DNA from: a virus
Lineage: Duplodnaviria > Caudoviricetes
Strand: one strand, 5' to 3'
IMG/VR virus record: IMGVR_UViG_3300029288_000079
Location: 117,734-181,733 of that record
DNA length: 64,000 nt
In this document: piece after piece, positions 1 through 9,885 of the stretch
Numbering within the stretch: the stretch's first letter is position 1
Layout: each line of letters starts with the position of its first letter
The notes under the pieces: generated by a model
What the model saw: only the letters and a program-made list of their open reading frames with translations
The model's database searches: none
Told to the model about the DNA's origin: nothing
Program-made: the position numbers and the translations under genes

Positions 1-324
1 AGATTTTTCTATAGCAAATCCTAACAACCCAACATCTAGACCATTATCAATTAATACTAAAGCATTAAGGGCATAAACATAGTGTTTAAAAAAATCAGAC
101 CCTTTACTACCCCCCTCGGCATCTTTATTTTCTACAAACTCATGCCCCGGCATTCTCTTTACAGTTTCTTCAGGAAGTACATAATTATCTTTATTACCAT
201 AAGGATGCTCCCATGATAACCAACCTCTAAAAAAAGATTGATCTATAGGTTTTAAATTTTTCAATTCCCATCGAAATCCTATGCCAGAACCATCAAAGCT
301 TAATATATTTCTAACCTTCTCCAT
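1..324 (-). CDS. Hypothetical protein, runs off the window edge (MEKVRNILSFDGSGIG...)
   Basis: ATG at 324 overlaps the portal stop; open frame to position 1; absent from the ORF track because truncated. Confidence 0.6.
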   Translation of the reverse strand, partial: MEKVRNILSFDGSGIGFRWELKNLKPIDQSFFRGWLSWEHPYGNKDNYVLPEETVKRMPGHEFVENKDAEGGSKGSDFFKHYVYALNALVLIDNGLDVGLLGFAIEKS

Positions 325-2299
325 TTATCTTCCTAAGTAATGCAATATTCTCAATTTTCTTTGCATCTAACAAACTCTTGTTTTCAAATGAAAGAGTAAC
401 ATCATCTCGAGTAACATCTCCAATTACTTCTCGATGTAATTGATCCATTTGACTTGCCATTCCTGCTGGAGGAGTTTGACCTCCTGCAGATTCCGGAGGA
501 CCACCCATACCTATTGGAGCTGGTCCTAGACCATCAGCCCCACCTTCCGGACCACCTGGAGCTTCACCCTCTGGACCACCTACACTAATATCTCCTATAC
601 CCCCAAAATCAATAGGACCACCTCCACCCCCCGCACCACCCTTTTTATTATCCTGCATAAATGGTAACAATCCTGATTTAGATATAGTTATTAACCGCTG
701 TTGCTTACGTCTCAAATCCTCAATATAGGCTTTTTCTTGAGTATCACGATCAAGTCTGCCAAGTCTAGCTAATGTAGCATCATCAACTAAATGTGGCCTT
801 TTATCTACCAACCATTTTATAAAATTCTTTAAATTTTCATCTGTAGAAGCTGATAAAGATCCCCAATCTAATTTAGGATATACATATTCACGCACTTGAC
901 GTTGTTGCTGTTGCTGAACTTCATCAGCCTTCACCTTTAAGTAACTTTTAAATTCTTTATTATCTTGAATATCACGCAGAGTAGTAAATTGTTGCCCAAT
1001 CTTTTGCATAATGTCATTACCACTACCATATTTGGAAGATCTAACTCCACCATACCCTGCAACAGCATTTTTTACACGATAGAATCCACAAAGATCAGCC
1101 GTTGTTTTAAACACACCTGAGTGAACAAAGTTTTCAATCTTTAATTGATAGTTAAGGTAACGCTGTCTTTGTACTTCCATATTTATGTACGCTTGACTGT
1201 ATGACCCACCTTGACCTGCAAGTAATTGTTCATGAACTCCGAGTCCAATAAATTTCAATCGATATATGCGATCAAGCTCGGGTCCAACAGGAAGCATTTT
1301 ACCATTACTACCCACGTGTTCCACATTTATTCCATAATGGTAGAAGATTGAAAAATTGGGATCCAATTCAAATGCAGCAAACATATTACGAACTTCCTCA
1401 AGCTCTGCATTGTCTGGCATATACCCAGAAGTTGGATCTCCGATTTTAACAAGCATCATTGGAACTGCATGGCGTGTGGCTAATGCAAAATTAGCTTGAT
1501 TGAATCTATCCTCCAACATTAAGGTTTTAAGAATACGTTTAATTATACTCTTACCCTGCTGTTCATAAGGTCGTTTCGCATGAGCTATATGAAATACGTT
1601 GTTTGGGTCCAGTGGAATCTCTTGATTAAATAATACATATCTTACAATCTCGGGAGGCAGTTGATCATATATGAATCTAGGAGTCTTTGTTTGTACTATT
1701 TTCCTCAATGTCTCATCAGGAATTAATTTGATCAATGGACGTTGATTAACCCATGTTGATTCTATCTTAACATAGTCAGGATTCAATATTGCAAATTGAT
1801 CCCACATGTAATCCGCATTGTTCCACGCACCAAAGGCATAAACATTTCCTATTTCAAAATATTCTTGTGAGATATCTGTCAACATTTTAAAACCATTTAT
1901 TCTCTCCCACATATCTGTAAAATGCTGCTGTATACCTGAATCCTCGCATTGCCCTAACCGTAAATCTGATAGAGGCATTTCCGCAAGCATCTTAACGGCA
2001 GCACCTACAATAGGATCAGTCTCTCCAAAGAAACGATACAGGCCATGCAAAGTTCTACTATCTGGCGGAATAGCCAATGTAGAACTAGAATAGCGAGGAT
2101 CGTTGAACATTGGAGCTATACGTGTTATATCAGACGAAGCCTTAGCTCGAATCTGTGCTACCTTATCCAATGACAGATTACTACGTTGTGGTAATATTGA
2201 AGGGGTTTGAACTAATGTTGCCTCTATTCTTGCAGCCTCAATATTACTATTCGAGATATCTGTTATAATGTGTTTGCCACCTGGTTGTAGTTTGTACAT
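311..2299 (-). CDS. Phage portal protein
   Basis: Large-phage portal-like blocks YRFFGETDPIVGAAV, ILNPDYVKI, LDPNNVFHIAH, GKSIIKRILKTLM; Gly/Pro-rich C-tail; same strand as terminase. Confidence 0.75.
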   Translation of the reverse strand: MYKLQPGGKHIITDISNSNIEAARIEATLVQTPSILPQRSNLSLDKVAQIRAKASSDITRIAPMFNDPRYSSSTLAIPPDSRTLHGLYRFFGETDPIVGAAVKMLAEMPLSDLRLGQCEDSGIQQHFTDMWERINGFKMLTDISQEYFEIGNVYAFGAWNNADYMWDQFAILNPDYVKIESTWVNQRPLIKLIPDETLRKIVQTKTPRFIYDQLPPEIVRYVLFNQEIPLDPNNVFHIAHAKRPYEQQGKSIIKRILKTLMLEDRFNQANFALATRHAVPMMLVKIGDPTSGYMPDNAELEEVRNMFAAFELDPNFSIFYHYGINVEHVGSNGKMLPVGPELDRIYRLKFIGLGVHEQLLAGQGGSYSQAYINMEVQRQRYLNYQLKIENFVHSGVFKTTADLCGFYRVKNAVAGYGGVRSSKYGSGNDIMQKIGQQFTTLRDIQDNKEFKSYLKVKADEVQQQQQRQVREYVYPKLDWGSLSASTDENLKNFIKWLVDKRPHLVDDATLARLGRLDRDTQEKAYIEDLRRKQQRLITISKSGLLPFMQDNKKGGAGGGGGPIDFGGIGDISVGGPEGEAPGGPEGGADGLGPAPIGMGGPPESAGGQTPPAGMASQMDQLHREVIGDVTRDDVTLSFENKSLLDAKKIENIALLRKINGEG

Positions 2300-2317
2300 A
2301 ACTTTACCTTTTTAGTT

Positions 2318-5300
2318 TCAAATTAATTCCATGTCTGTATAAAATATAAACCAACTATCCTTTAAATGCGTATATGTATCCAATATTACATACCAATAAT
2401 AAGGGTTTCCACATTGTTTTAATAATGTTCCTTCCGATCCTTTAGCCAAATTAACTTCAGAAATTCCTATAAAATTAAATACATCATTTTTTAGTCTAAC
2501 CCTATCTCCAGCTATAAACTCATTTTCTATTATAGGTATATCCCAAGATTGTTTTTGTTCAGAATATTGATCCACTATCTCTATATCTTTACTTAACATA
2601 TATACAGAACCCTCCTCACTTATAAATACATTATATATAGGTTCCTCCAGATATTTTTTAGTTAAGCCTGCTGGACAAACTCCTTTAGCATCTCTATTTG
2701 CTTCCTCAGAATTTTTAAAAATTAAATATATATAACCTATTTTACCAATAATTGATTTTACAAAGTTAGGGTCTAAATTACCAATAGATTTAGATAATAT
2801 TTTTACCTTATCCCCAACTTTGGGATCTATATCTGGTATATCCCAAGATAATCTTGGTAAAGCATTATCATGCCTTTCCATACAATGAATAGCTAAATGT
2901 TGGAGTTCTTGTGTAGGTATACCCTCAGTCTTTTTAGATTCTTTTTTGGGTACTATAGTATCAAAGAGGTTATATTGAGAAAGGTCGATATTTTGTTCAT
3001 AATTATCCTCATTAATATCCGATTCAATATAGATATTTCTTATATTATTGTCAATAGCTATCTCACTTGCACTTATATCACATGCTTCCGGAGCTATATG
3101 ATCCGGTGTCTCCATATCAATATCAGGTTCTTCAGCTTCAGATTCTGGTATCAAGTTTAATTGAGTCTCCGGTTCTACAGGATCTACCCGTCTCTGCCTA
3201 CGCTGTCTAGGCTGTAATTGCTCATAATTTCCTATTGGAATTCCATCCCACCCAATTTCTATTCTATAATTAGCATCAAATTTATAAGGGTGCTCAAAAT
3301 CATAATTTAGAGTATAAAGCATTTCACCCCTTTTACTAAATACACTCCCAGGAACATTAAATTTGTTTAGCCAGAAATTAATTCTAGATTTTGTTGTAGG
3401 TGTATTATAATTTCCATTATCTACTATAATTCTATCCCCATAAAATACTACAACATCAGTAGACCAGTATCTTATAGCTATACCATCTCCAAATACCCTA
3501 TGCATTATGGTTTTATGGCCCACTACTCTTTCTGACTTATTCTTAAACCTTCCATTATTAGTTAATATATTTTCAATATCTTGCATCTGCCATGCAGGAG
3601 TATTAGAAATATCCCATGCTAAAGTATTAATATTATCATCAACTTTAACTAAGGTCATAGGCATGTTAGATTCCCAAACTACAGCATAAGCTGTTTTAGG
3701 ATATTTAATTTTATAGACAGGTCTTATATTACTAAAATATTTAGAATCAGCTAGATTTACAGCCCTACTTTCTAAATTATCTTCATTATTATTAAAATCA
3801 TAAATACCAAAATTTTCATAGTTTGGCCCTATATGTAAATAATTATCCCCAAGATGAGTATCATCTTTCCATACTTGCCCTGGTGCAGCTACTTCTAAGA
3901 ACTCTTCTAGTGTATTTACAATATGTCCCTCTTGTAAAAATGGTATATCCCAACTATGCATATATCTTGTTTTATTTGCATTTTCTACTTGAACAAGTTC
4001 CATAGGATATGCTTCATCCATTACATAACATCTATCAGATATAGCTACAGATTTCCAATGTCGATCTTCATTACTTCCAAACCATTGACTAGATCTGATA
4101 GATAAAGCTTTACCAGCTTTAATAGCACTGATCTCACTACTATCTTCTGTAACAATAAAAATATTAGGATTGCTCTTAATATATAAGAATGATCCTAAAG
4201 TCTTACTTCTCCAGACCTGCCCGGCTCTTGCATTTTCTCTAAACTCTTTTTGACTATTTGCAATATCACCTAATTCAGGATCTATAGATATATTCCAAGC
4301 CAATACATCTGTAGCAATTTTACCCTCTGTATCAAAATCATAATCATTAGACTCAATTAATTCTATAATAGCTTCTTTAGATGTTAAATATTCATATTCA
4401 TGTCTCAGCATAGTTAGATAATCGTCACAAAGAGCTTTTTTAAACTCATCCTCAAGATCTTCTATTGACCCATCAATCTCATATTCATTGTCCTCTGTTC
4501 TTTCACTCTCCAATAATCTTAAACTTTCTTTAAATCTCAGTGCAGTTTTATATGTATCACAAGTATTACCATGATCACGCATTATATCTGCAATGCATTC
4601 CGACATACTTTGAGTAAGTTCTCCTGAACAATAACTACCCCTATCAATATCGAATCCTGTTATTTTTAGTCCAATATTTGCAGCATCGTCATATGTACAC
4701 TCCCACCAATCATAATCTACATTTTTATCATAAAGGTTTTCAATAGCTTTTTCCTGTATATCTTCAGGTAATTCATTATATTTATATGTAGTATCTTTAT
4801 CATCGGGATCAAATATAGGAGATATATCCCATGAAAGATTTAAATTATTTCTAAATCTTAAACTACTAGTAGTTTCTTGTGTATATTCCCATATATCATT
4901 TTCTGCTTTAGCTAGTAAACTATCAAAATCAATATTTTTATTAACCTGTTCAGCAGCTCTTTTAGCATATTTTATAGCATAAGCAGCATCAATAGCAGCA
5001 TCAATAGCAGCATCAATAGCAGCATCAATAGCATAAGCAGCAGCATTAGCAACATAATAAGCAGCAGCATTAGCAACATAAGCAGCAGCATCAATAGCAG
5101 CATCATAAGCAGCATCAGCAGCAGCAGTAGCAGCATAACCAGCAGAATAAGCTTTATTTCTATTTTCTTTACTAGGATTCTTAAGACAAGCTTTTGCTGC
5201 CTCTATTGCTGCTCTAGGTCTGCTATCATTAGGATATTTAGATTCAAATATAGGTAGTACAGCTTCTGCACAGTAAATAGCATAAAGTAAATTTACTTTT

Positions 5301-8300
5301 TTAGGATCTACTTCTATAGGTTTAATATCCCAGGAGAGGTTTTCATTTATTAATTTAATATCATTTATATTAACAGCCCACCCTAGACGAGAAGTACCTG
5401 GATGACTTATTGATAAAAGAGAGAAATTATCCCAATCAACACTAACATACCCATCACCTCTTAATTCTGTTATAGTACCTTTACTACCCTTCCGTATAGG
5501 TTCCACATTATTAACATAATAGGCTTCATCATCACGTATGAATTCTATTCTATCCCCTATTTCGAATTCTCCAGGAATTCTAGGTAAGTCCCAGCTTAAA
5601 CTAGATCCATAAGGCATCAAAGGACGCATATCGTTTACTTTATCAAGAGTTCTATGCAAGCCACGTTCAAACCACATATCAGAATCATCTTTATCAAGCT
5701 TTCTAGCTGCAGGATCCTGCTGTTGTTTCTGATCCGTCGGTCCTCTACGAACCACCTCTTCAGGTTGTGGATCTAACACACTATCATATTCATCTGAAGC
5801 TTTAACCTCAAATGGAAATACACCTACAAATCTTATAGGTTTTAAAGTAGTAATATTAGTAAAACTTAATTTTCCACCATCAATAATCACCTTAGCTAAT
5901 TCAGGCTTTGCTAAAAGTTCATTAAAAAATGCTTCAGCATCTTCTTCACTAAATCCAACATACCGATATGCATAATTAATTTTTACAGCTACAACTACTC
6001 CATAAGTATTGTAGAGATTAGCGTATGTCATCCACCCTAAGAAACTCTCAGGATTTGATATATCAGGTTTTGCGGGAGATATATCCCATGACATTTTCTC
6101 TGGATCTTTAAATTTATTCAAAAGATTAATTATCACTCTATCATGATCATCTAAATAATCTTTTTTAGTTATGTAAGATGCCTCCCTATCTGAAAGTGCC
6201 AAATTAGAAATTCTAGCTACATCAGCATTTGATGGACTATCATCTATATCTTGATGAATTAGCGTAGATGGAAAATACTTTATATCATTTTCTCCGGGCA
6301 ACCAATCCTTTGGAGTAGTTATATCTAAGTGATCTTCTTGTCTAAAGAATAAAGCCTGCTGATCAAACTGATCTTTAGACATATCTATATCTGATTTATC
6401 TGTATAAGATTCCGGAGTTGAAACTTTTATAGATGCTTCTCTTATATCTCCATCCTGCAAAGAATCTTCATTCTTTCTACGATCTAACTCTTGTTCAATC
6501 CATTCCCTTAACTTCAGATCAAATACACTAAAACATTGCTCCGCATCCTCTATAATGCTATTCAATGACTTTAGTTCTTTTTCAAGGTTCTCTGTAGGTC
6601 CTTTTAGTAATTTTACAACCCAATTCTCCTCAGGCTTGGGATCTGAAATATCCCATGCCAACTTACTAATCTTTTCCTTTACCTTACCTGAATTTAATGA
6701 TACTTTATACATCTCATCATCCGAGAACTTACAACATATTTCTTTTGCTGACCAACTAAAAGGTTTGAGATCCTTAAGATTAGCTTTACCATTACCCTCG
6801 TATTTTAATGTAACATGGGGTAAGTATCCAAACTTGCGATCAAATTCATCAATTACTGATTCAACGGCTTCTAAACATTTCTGATAAACCTCGGCACCAT
6901 CAATGCAATTAACCAATGCAGCAACTGTGTTATCTCCATTATCAAATGTACCTAAACCTGTAAATTTACATTTTATCTTCTTATATTGTTTCGCTACTGA
7001 TTGGATAGCCTTAACAATCTTTTTCTTTTCATTAGGCGTGAGTTTCTTATCCTTCACGCATATCAATGTCATATGTAAGTCTTGATCAAGATTACTTATA
7101 TGATTGAATCTTTTTCTAACAGACTTAGGAAGATCTAAATAAATGAATATCTCATCCTTGAATTCATTTTTCTTAGATGCTGTGTTATCTATAGAAGGTA
7201 TAAATTCTAAATCCTGAGCAATATAAAAAGACCAAGCAACATTATTACGTACTCCAGTTTTGTATTCTACTGTGTAGTAATGTTGTCCCAAATATTTCTC
7301 ACCTTGATTCTCATAAAAAGTAGAACTGTTAATAGTATCTTCTGATATCCCCACAATTCTACCAGTAAGACCTATACCCATAGTAGCAAATTTGGGTCTT
7401 GCATACACACTTTTTGATAGTATCTTTACTTTGTCCCCAACTTTAAACTCTGGAGTGTATGATATATCCCAAGATAAAGTTTCAAGTATTCCTATATATC
7501 GAATAGGTTTAAGCCATGTTAAATAACATTCAAATGTTTCAATATTTTTAGATAGTCTAGCCTCAGTTCTATTTACTCCTATAGTAGCAGCTACCTCATA
7601 CCAATTACTAAAACCCATGCCCTGTCCTATTAATTTGATGCCCTGAATTACACAATACTGATTATCAAAATCTCTTTTACATAACCATCCTATAAAATCT
7701 TCGGGAGAACTATTATATGTAGGTACCTCAGGATCCATAGATATATTCCAAGATAAATGTGAGCCTATTTTTTCTATGTATCTCTGCCAATAACTCAAGG
7801 GTATATCAAAATGAATTTCATTACCATCTTTATTATAGCCTTCAATAATGACCTTACCCCTCCCCCAGTTAGGTATGTCTTTAGGAAGTTCCCAAACATC
7901 ACAACCTTCATCAACATAATTATATTTAAAATTAATTTCTACAACCTCAAATTCATTTTTATCAAAATCATCAAAGTATTCATTATCAATATCAATTTCA
8001 GACGATGATTGAGGTATAAGACTTACCTTATCCCCAACTTTTAATTCTATATCAGGTATATCCCAAGCCAAAGCTGATCTATAATCTTCCAACATACTAT
8101 GTAGATGTAATGGAAAATCATATTTTTCATCAACGATAGTAGTTCCAAAATCTTGCTCTATATCCACATCAGATTTATTTTCAGGTTTCATCCATACCGC
8201 ATTCTTCAAAATAAGCTTATTATCATTTTTTCTCTCATACTCAATAGGATGATTTGGAGATAATACCAATGCAAATCCTGACCGACTATACCATATCTGA

Positions 8301-9883
8301 CTTGGTTGTGCTTCTTTTATAAATTTCTCTACAGCAGCTTCATTAGCAGCAGTAGACTCAAAAGATAATTTATCATTCACAACTTCTAAAAAATCTTCCC
8401 ATTTATTGTATGGAAATGTATTTGTAGCTCCATGAAAATGAACATATACTCTTCCTGTGTATAATCCTCCACAATCATACTCATATTCATGATCAGGCAA
8501 AATTTCAATAACTTTTCCTACAGATCCCTGAAAATAAGAATCTACATCAATATTATCTAAATAATTTCTATCAGCTATGACTCGAACAATATCCCCTTCT
8601 TTTATGTTAGTAATAATATCCCAAGACTTCTTATTATTATTAGAATCTATGAGTGTAACCCACCTATCATAATCTGGAAGAGGTATGATAAAAGATATCA
8701 TATCACCCTCTACGTCTTTACCTTCTATACGCATGGCTCCTGCATGTCCTTCGGAAGAAAACCATGAACTACTTTTTTTCACAATTGTAACTACAAAATC
8801 ATTTTTGTCAAAGAGATTACTAAACGTAACAGGATCTGAATATGCTGGATCCTTAATAATCTCATGTAAATTTTCAGGTATTATGGAAAAGTGGTCCCCA
8901 ATTTTAGGTACATACAGTTTAATGTTCCATTCTTCAGAAAATCTCAAACTACTAGTAGTTTCTTGTGTATATTCCCATATATCTTCTTGAGCTTTAGCTA
9001 GTAAACTATCAAAATCAATATTCTTATTAGTTCGTTTAGCAGCTTGTCTTGCATATTTTATAGCATTAGCAGCAAAAAAAGCAGCAGCATTATCAGAAAA
9101 AAAAGCAGCAGCATTATCAGCATAATAAGCAGTAGCATAAGCAGCATAATAAGCAGTAGCATTAGCAGCATAAGCAGCAGTAGCAGCATAACCAGCAGCA
9201 GCATTAGCAGCAGAATAAGCAGAATAAACTTTATCTCTATTTTCTTTACTAGGATTCTTAAAACAAGTTTTTGCTGCTTCTATACATTTTCTAACTCTAT
9301 CATCATTAGGATATTGCTCTTCATAAATACTTAATACAGCTTCTGCACAGTATATAGCATAAAGTAAATTTACTTTTTTAGGATCTACTTCTATAGGTTT
9401 AATGTCCCAGGAGAGAGTATTTGAATCTCCTTCAAGATTTATAATATCTGCTTTTATAACAGCCCAATGTTTATTTGCATCACCGAAAGCATCTTCACAT
9501 GTGGGCTGATTATCCCAATCTACAAATACAAAATCCTGGCCCTTCATTAAATCCATAACCACACCCGTAGAACCATATGAGACTTCACAACTATAATCAA
9601 TGGTCCCCCAATAAGAATTTCGATCTTTCTTAATCCATTTAACTCTATCACCTATTTCAAACTGGCCCGGCTTTCTAATCGTAACTATGTCCCATGCACT
9701 TACAGGAGTTCCATATTCCTTAACTTTAAATAATTCCTTATCTTCTCTATCCAAATCTGGAAGAGCTAGATCTGTATTCCAAGGTTCTTGAAAATCTAAG
9801 GAATTATATCCAGGGGCAGGAGACTCCTTTTCAAAAGGATCACCTATACTTTTCAATCTATCTATGATAACATCTTTTGCCAT
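2318..9883 (-). CDS. Giant modular acidic protein (2521 aa), ~19 modules mostly opened by [SA]W[DN][IL]; includes 2 Imm5-like cassettes and a 2H phosphoesterase
   Basis: 16 copies of the motif counted in the translation; SH3/KOW-like and 'GQVW' modules; HxT...HxT domain; directly upstream of portal. Confidence 0.8.
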   Translation of the reverse strand: MAKDVIIDRLKSIGDPFEKESPAPGYNSLDFQEPWNTDLALPDLDREDKELFKVKEYGTPVSAWDIVTIRKPGQFEIGDRVKWIKKDRNSYWGTIDYSCEVSYGSTGVVMDLMKGQDFVFVDWDNQPTCEDAFGDANKHWAVIKADIINLEGDSNTLSWDIKPIEVDPKKVNLLYAIYCAEAVLSIYEEQYPNDDRVRKCIEAAKTCFKNPSKENRDKVYSAYSAANAAAGYAATAAYAANATAYYAAYATAYYADNAAAFFSDNAAAFFAANAIKYARQAAKRTNKNIDFDSLLAKAQEDIWEYTQETTSSLRFSEEWNIKLYVPKIGDHFSIIPENLHEIIKDPAYSDPVTFSNLFDKNDFVVTIVKKSSSWFSSEGHAGAMRIEGKDVEGDMISFIIPLPDYDRWVTLIDSNNNKKSWDIITNIKEGDIVRVIADRNYLDNIDVDSYFQGSVGKVIEILPDHEYEYDCGGLYTGRVYVHFHGATNTFPYNKWEDFLEVVNDKLSFESTAANEAAVEKFIKEAQPSQIWYSRSGFALVLSPNHPIEYERKNDNKLILKNAVWMKPENKSDVDIEQDFGTTIVDEKYDFPLHLHSMLEDYRSALAWDIPDIELKVGDKVSLIPQSSSEIDIDNEYFDDFDKNEFEVVEINFKYNYVDEGCDVWELPKDIPNWGRGKVIIEGYNKDGNEIHFDIPLSYWQRYIEKIGSHLSWNISMDPEVPTYNSSPEDFIGWLCKRDFDNQYCVIQGIKLIGQGMGFSNWYEVAATIGVNRTEARLSKNIETFECYLTWLKPIRYIGILETLSWDISYTPEFKVGDKVKILSKSVYARPKFATMGIGLTGRIVGISEDTINSSTFYENQGEKYLGQHYYTVEYKTGVRNNVAWSFYIAQDLEFIPSIDNTASKKNEFKDEIFIYLDLPKSVRKRFNHISNLDQDLHMTLICVKDKKLTPNEKKKIVKAIQSVAKQYKKIKCKFTGLGTFDNGDNTVAALVNCIDGAEVYQKCLEAVESVIDEFDRKFGYLPHVTLKYEGNGKANLKDLKPFSWSAKEICCKFSDDEMYKVSLNSGKVKEKISKLAWDISDPKPEENWVVKLLKGPTENLEKELKSLNSIIEDAEQCFSVFDLKLREWIEQELDRRKNEDSLQDGDIREASIKVSTPESYTDKSDIDMSKDQFDQQALFFRQEDHLDITTPKDWLPGENDIKYFPSTLIHQDIDDSPSNADVARISNLALSDREASYITKKDYLDDHDRVIINLLNKFKDPEKMSWDISPAKPDISNPESFLGWMTYANLYNTYGVVVAVKINYAYRYVGFSEEDAEAFFNELLAKPELAKVIIDGGKLSFTNITTLKPIRFVGVFPFEVKASDEYDSVLDPQPEEVVRRGPTDQKQQQDPAARKLDKDDSDMWFERGLHRTLDKVNDMRPLMPYGSSLSWDLPRIPGEFEIGDRIEFIRDDEAYYVNNVEPIRKGSKGTITELRGDGYVSVDWDNFSLLSISHPGTSRLGWAVNINDIKLINENLSWDIKPIEVDPKKVNLLYAIYCAEAVLPIFESKYPNDSRPRAAIEAAKACLKNPSKENRNKAYSAGYAATAAADAAYDAAIDAAAYVANAAAYYVANAAAYAIDAAIDAAIDAAIDAAYAIKYAKRAAEQVNKNIDFDSLLAKAENDIWEYTQETTSSLRFRNNLNLSWDISPIFDPDDKDTTYKYNELPEDIQEKAIENLYDKNVDYDWWECTYDDAANIGLKITGFDIDRGSYCSGELTQSMSECIADIMRDHGNTCDTYKTALRFKESLRLLESERTEDNEYEIDGSIEDLEDEFKKALCDDYLTMLRHEYEYLTSKEAIIELIESNDYDFDTEGKIATDVLAWNISIDPELGDIANSQKEFRENARAGQVWRSKTLGSFLYIKSNPNIFIVTEDSSEISAIKAGKALSIRSSQWFGSNEDRHWKSVAISDRCYVMDEAYPMELVQVENANKTRYMHSWDIPFLQEGHIVNTLEEFLEVAAPGQVWKDDTHLGDNYLHIGPNYENFGIYDFNNNEDNLESRAVNLADSKYFSNIRPVYKIKYPKTAYAVVWESNMPMTLVKVDDNINTLAWDISNTPAWQMQDIENILTNNGRFKNKSERVVGHKTIMHRVFGDGIAIRYWSTDVVVFYGDRIIVDNGNYNTPTTKSRINFWLNKFNVPGSVFSKRGEMLYTLNYDFEHPYKFDANYRIEIGWDGIPIGNYEQLQPRQRRQRRVDPVEPETQLNLIPESEAEEPDIDMETPDHIAPEACDISASEIAIDNNIRNIYIESDINEDNYEQNIDLSQYNLFDTIVPKKESKKTEGIPTQELQHLAIHCMERHDNALPRLSWDIPDIDPKVGDKVKILSKSIGNLDPNFVKSIIGKIGYIYLIFKNSEEANRDAKGVCPAGLTKKYLEEPIYNVFISEEGSVYMLSKDIEIVDQYSEQKQSWDIPIIENEFIAGDRVRLKNDVFNFIGISEVNLAKGSEGTLLKQCGNPYYWYVILDTYTHLKDSWFIFYTDMELI
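4853..5338 (-). repeat. Cassette copy B (LSWDIKPIEVD...TTSSLRF; Imm5-like helical domain with Ala-rich core)
   Basis: Near-identical DNA to 8939-9415, 12589-13056 and 44906-45352. Confidence 0.95.
6660..7185 (-). other. 2H phosphoesterase domain (LigT/Acb1-like) within the 2521-aa ORF
   Basis: Two HxT motifs, DLHMTL and YLPHVTL, about 85 aa apart; boundaries approximate. Confidence 0.75.
8939..9415 (-). repeat. Cassette copy A
   Basis: Near-identical to the other three copies; most diverged core. Confidence 0.95.
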
Positions 9884-9885
9884 AG

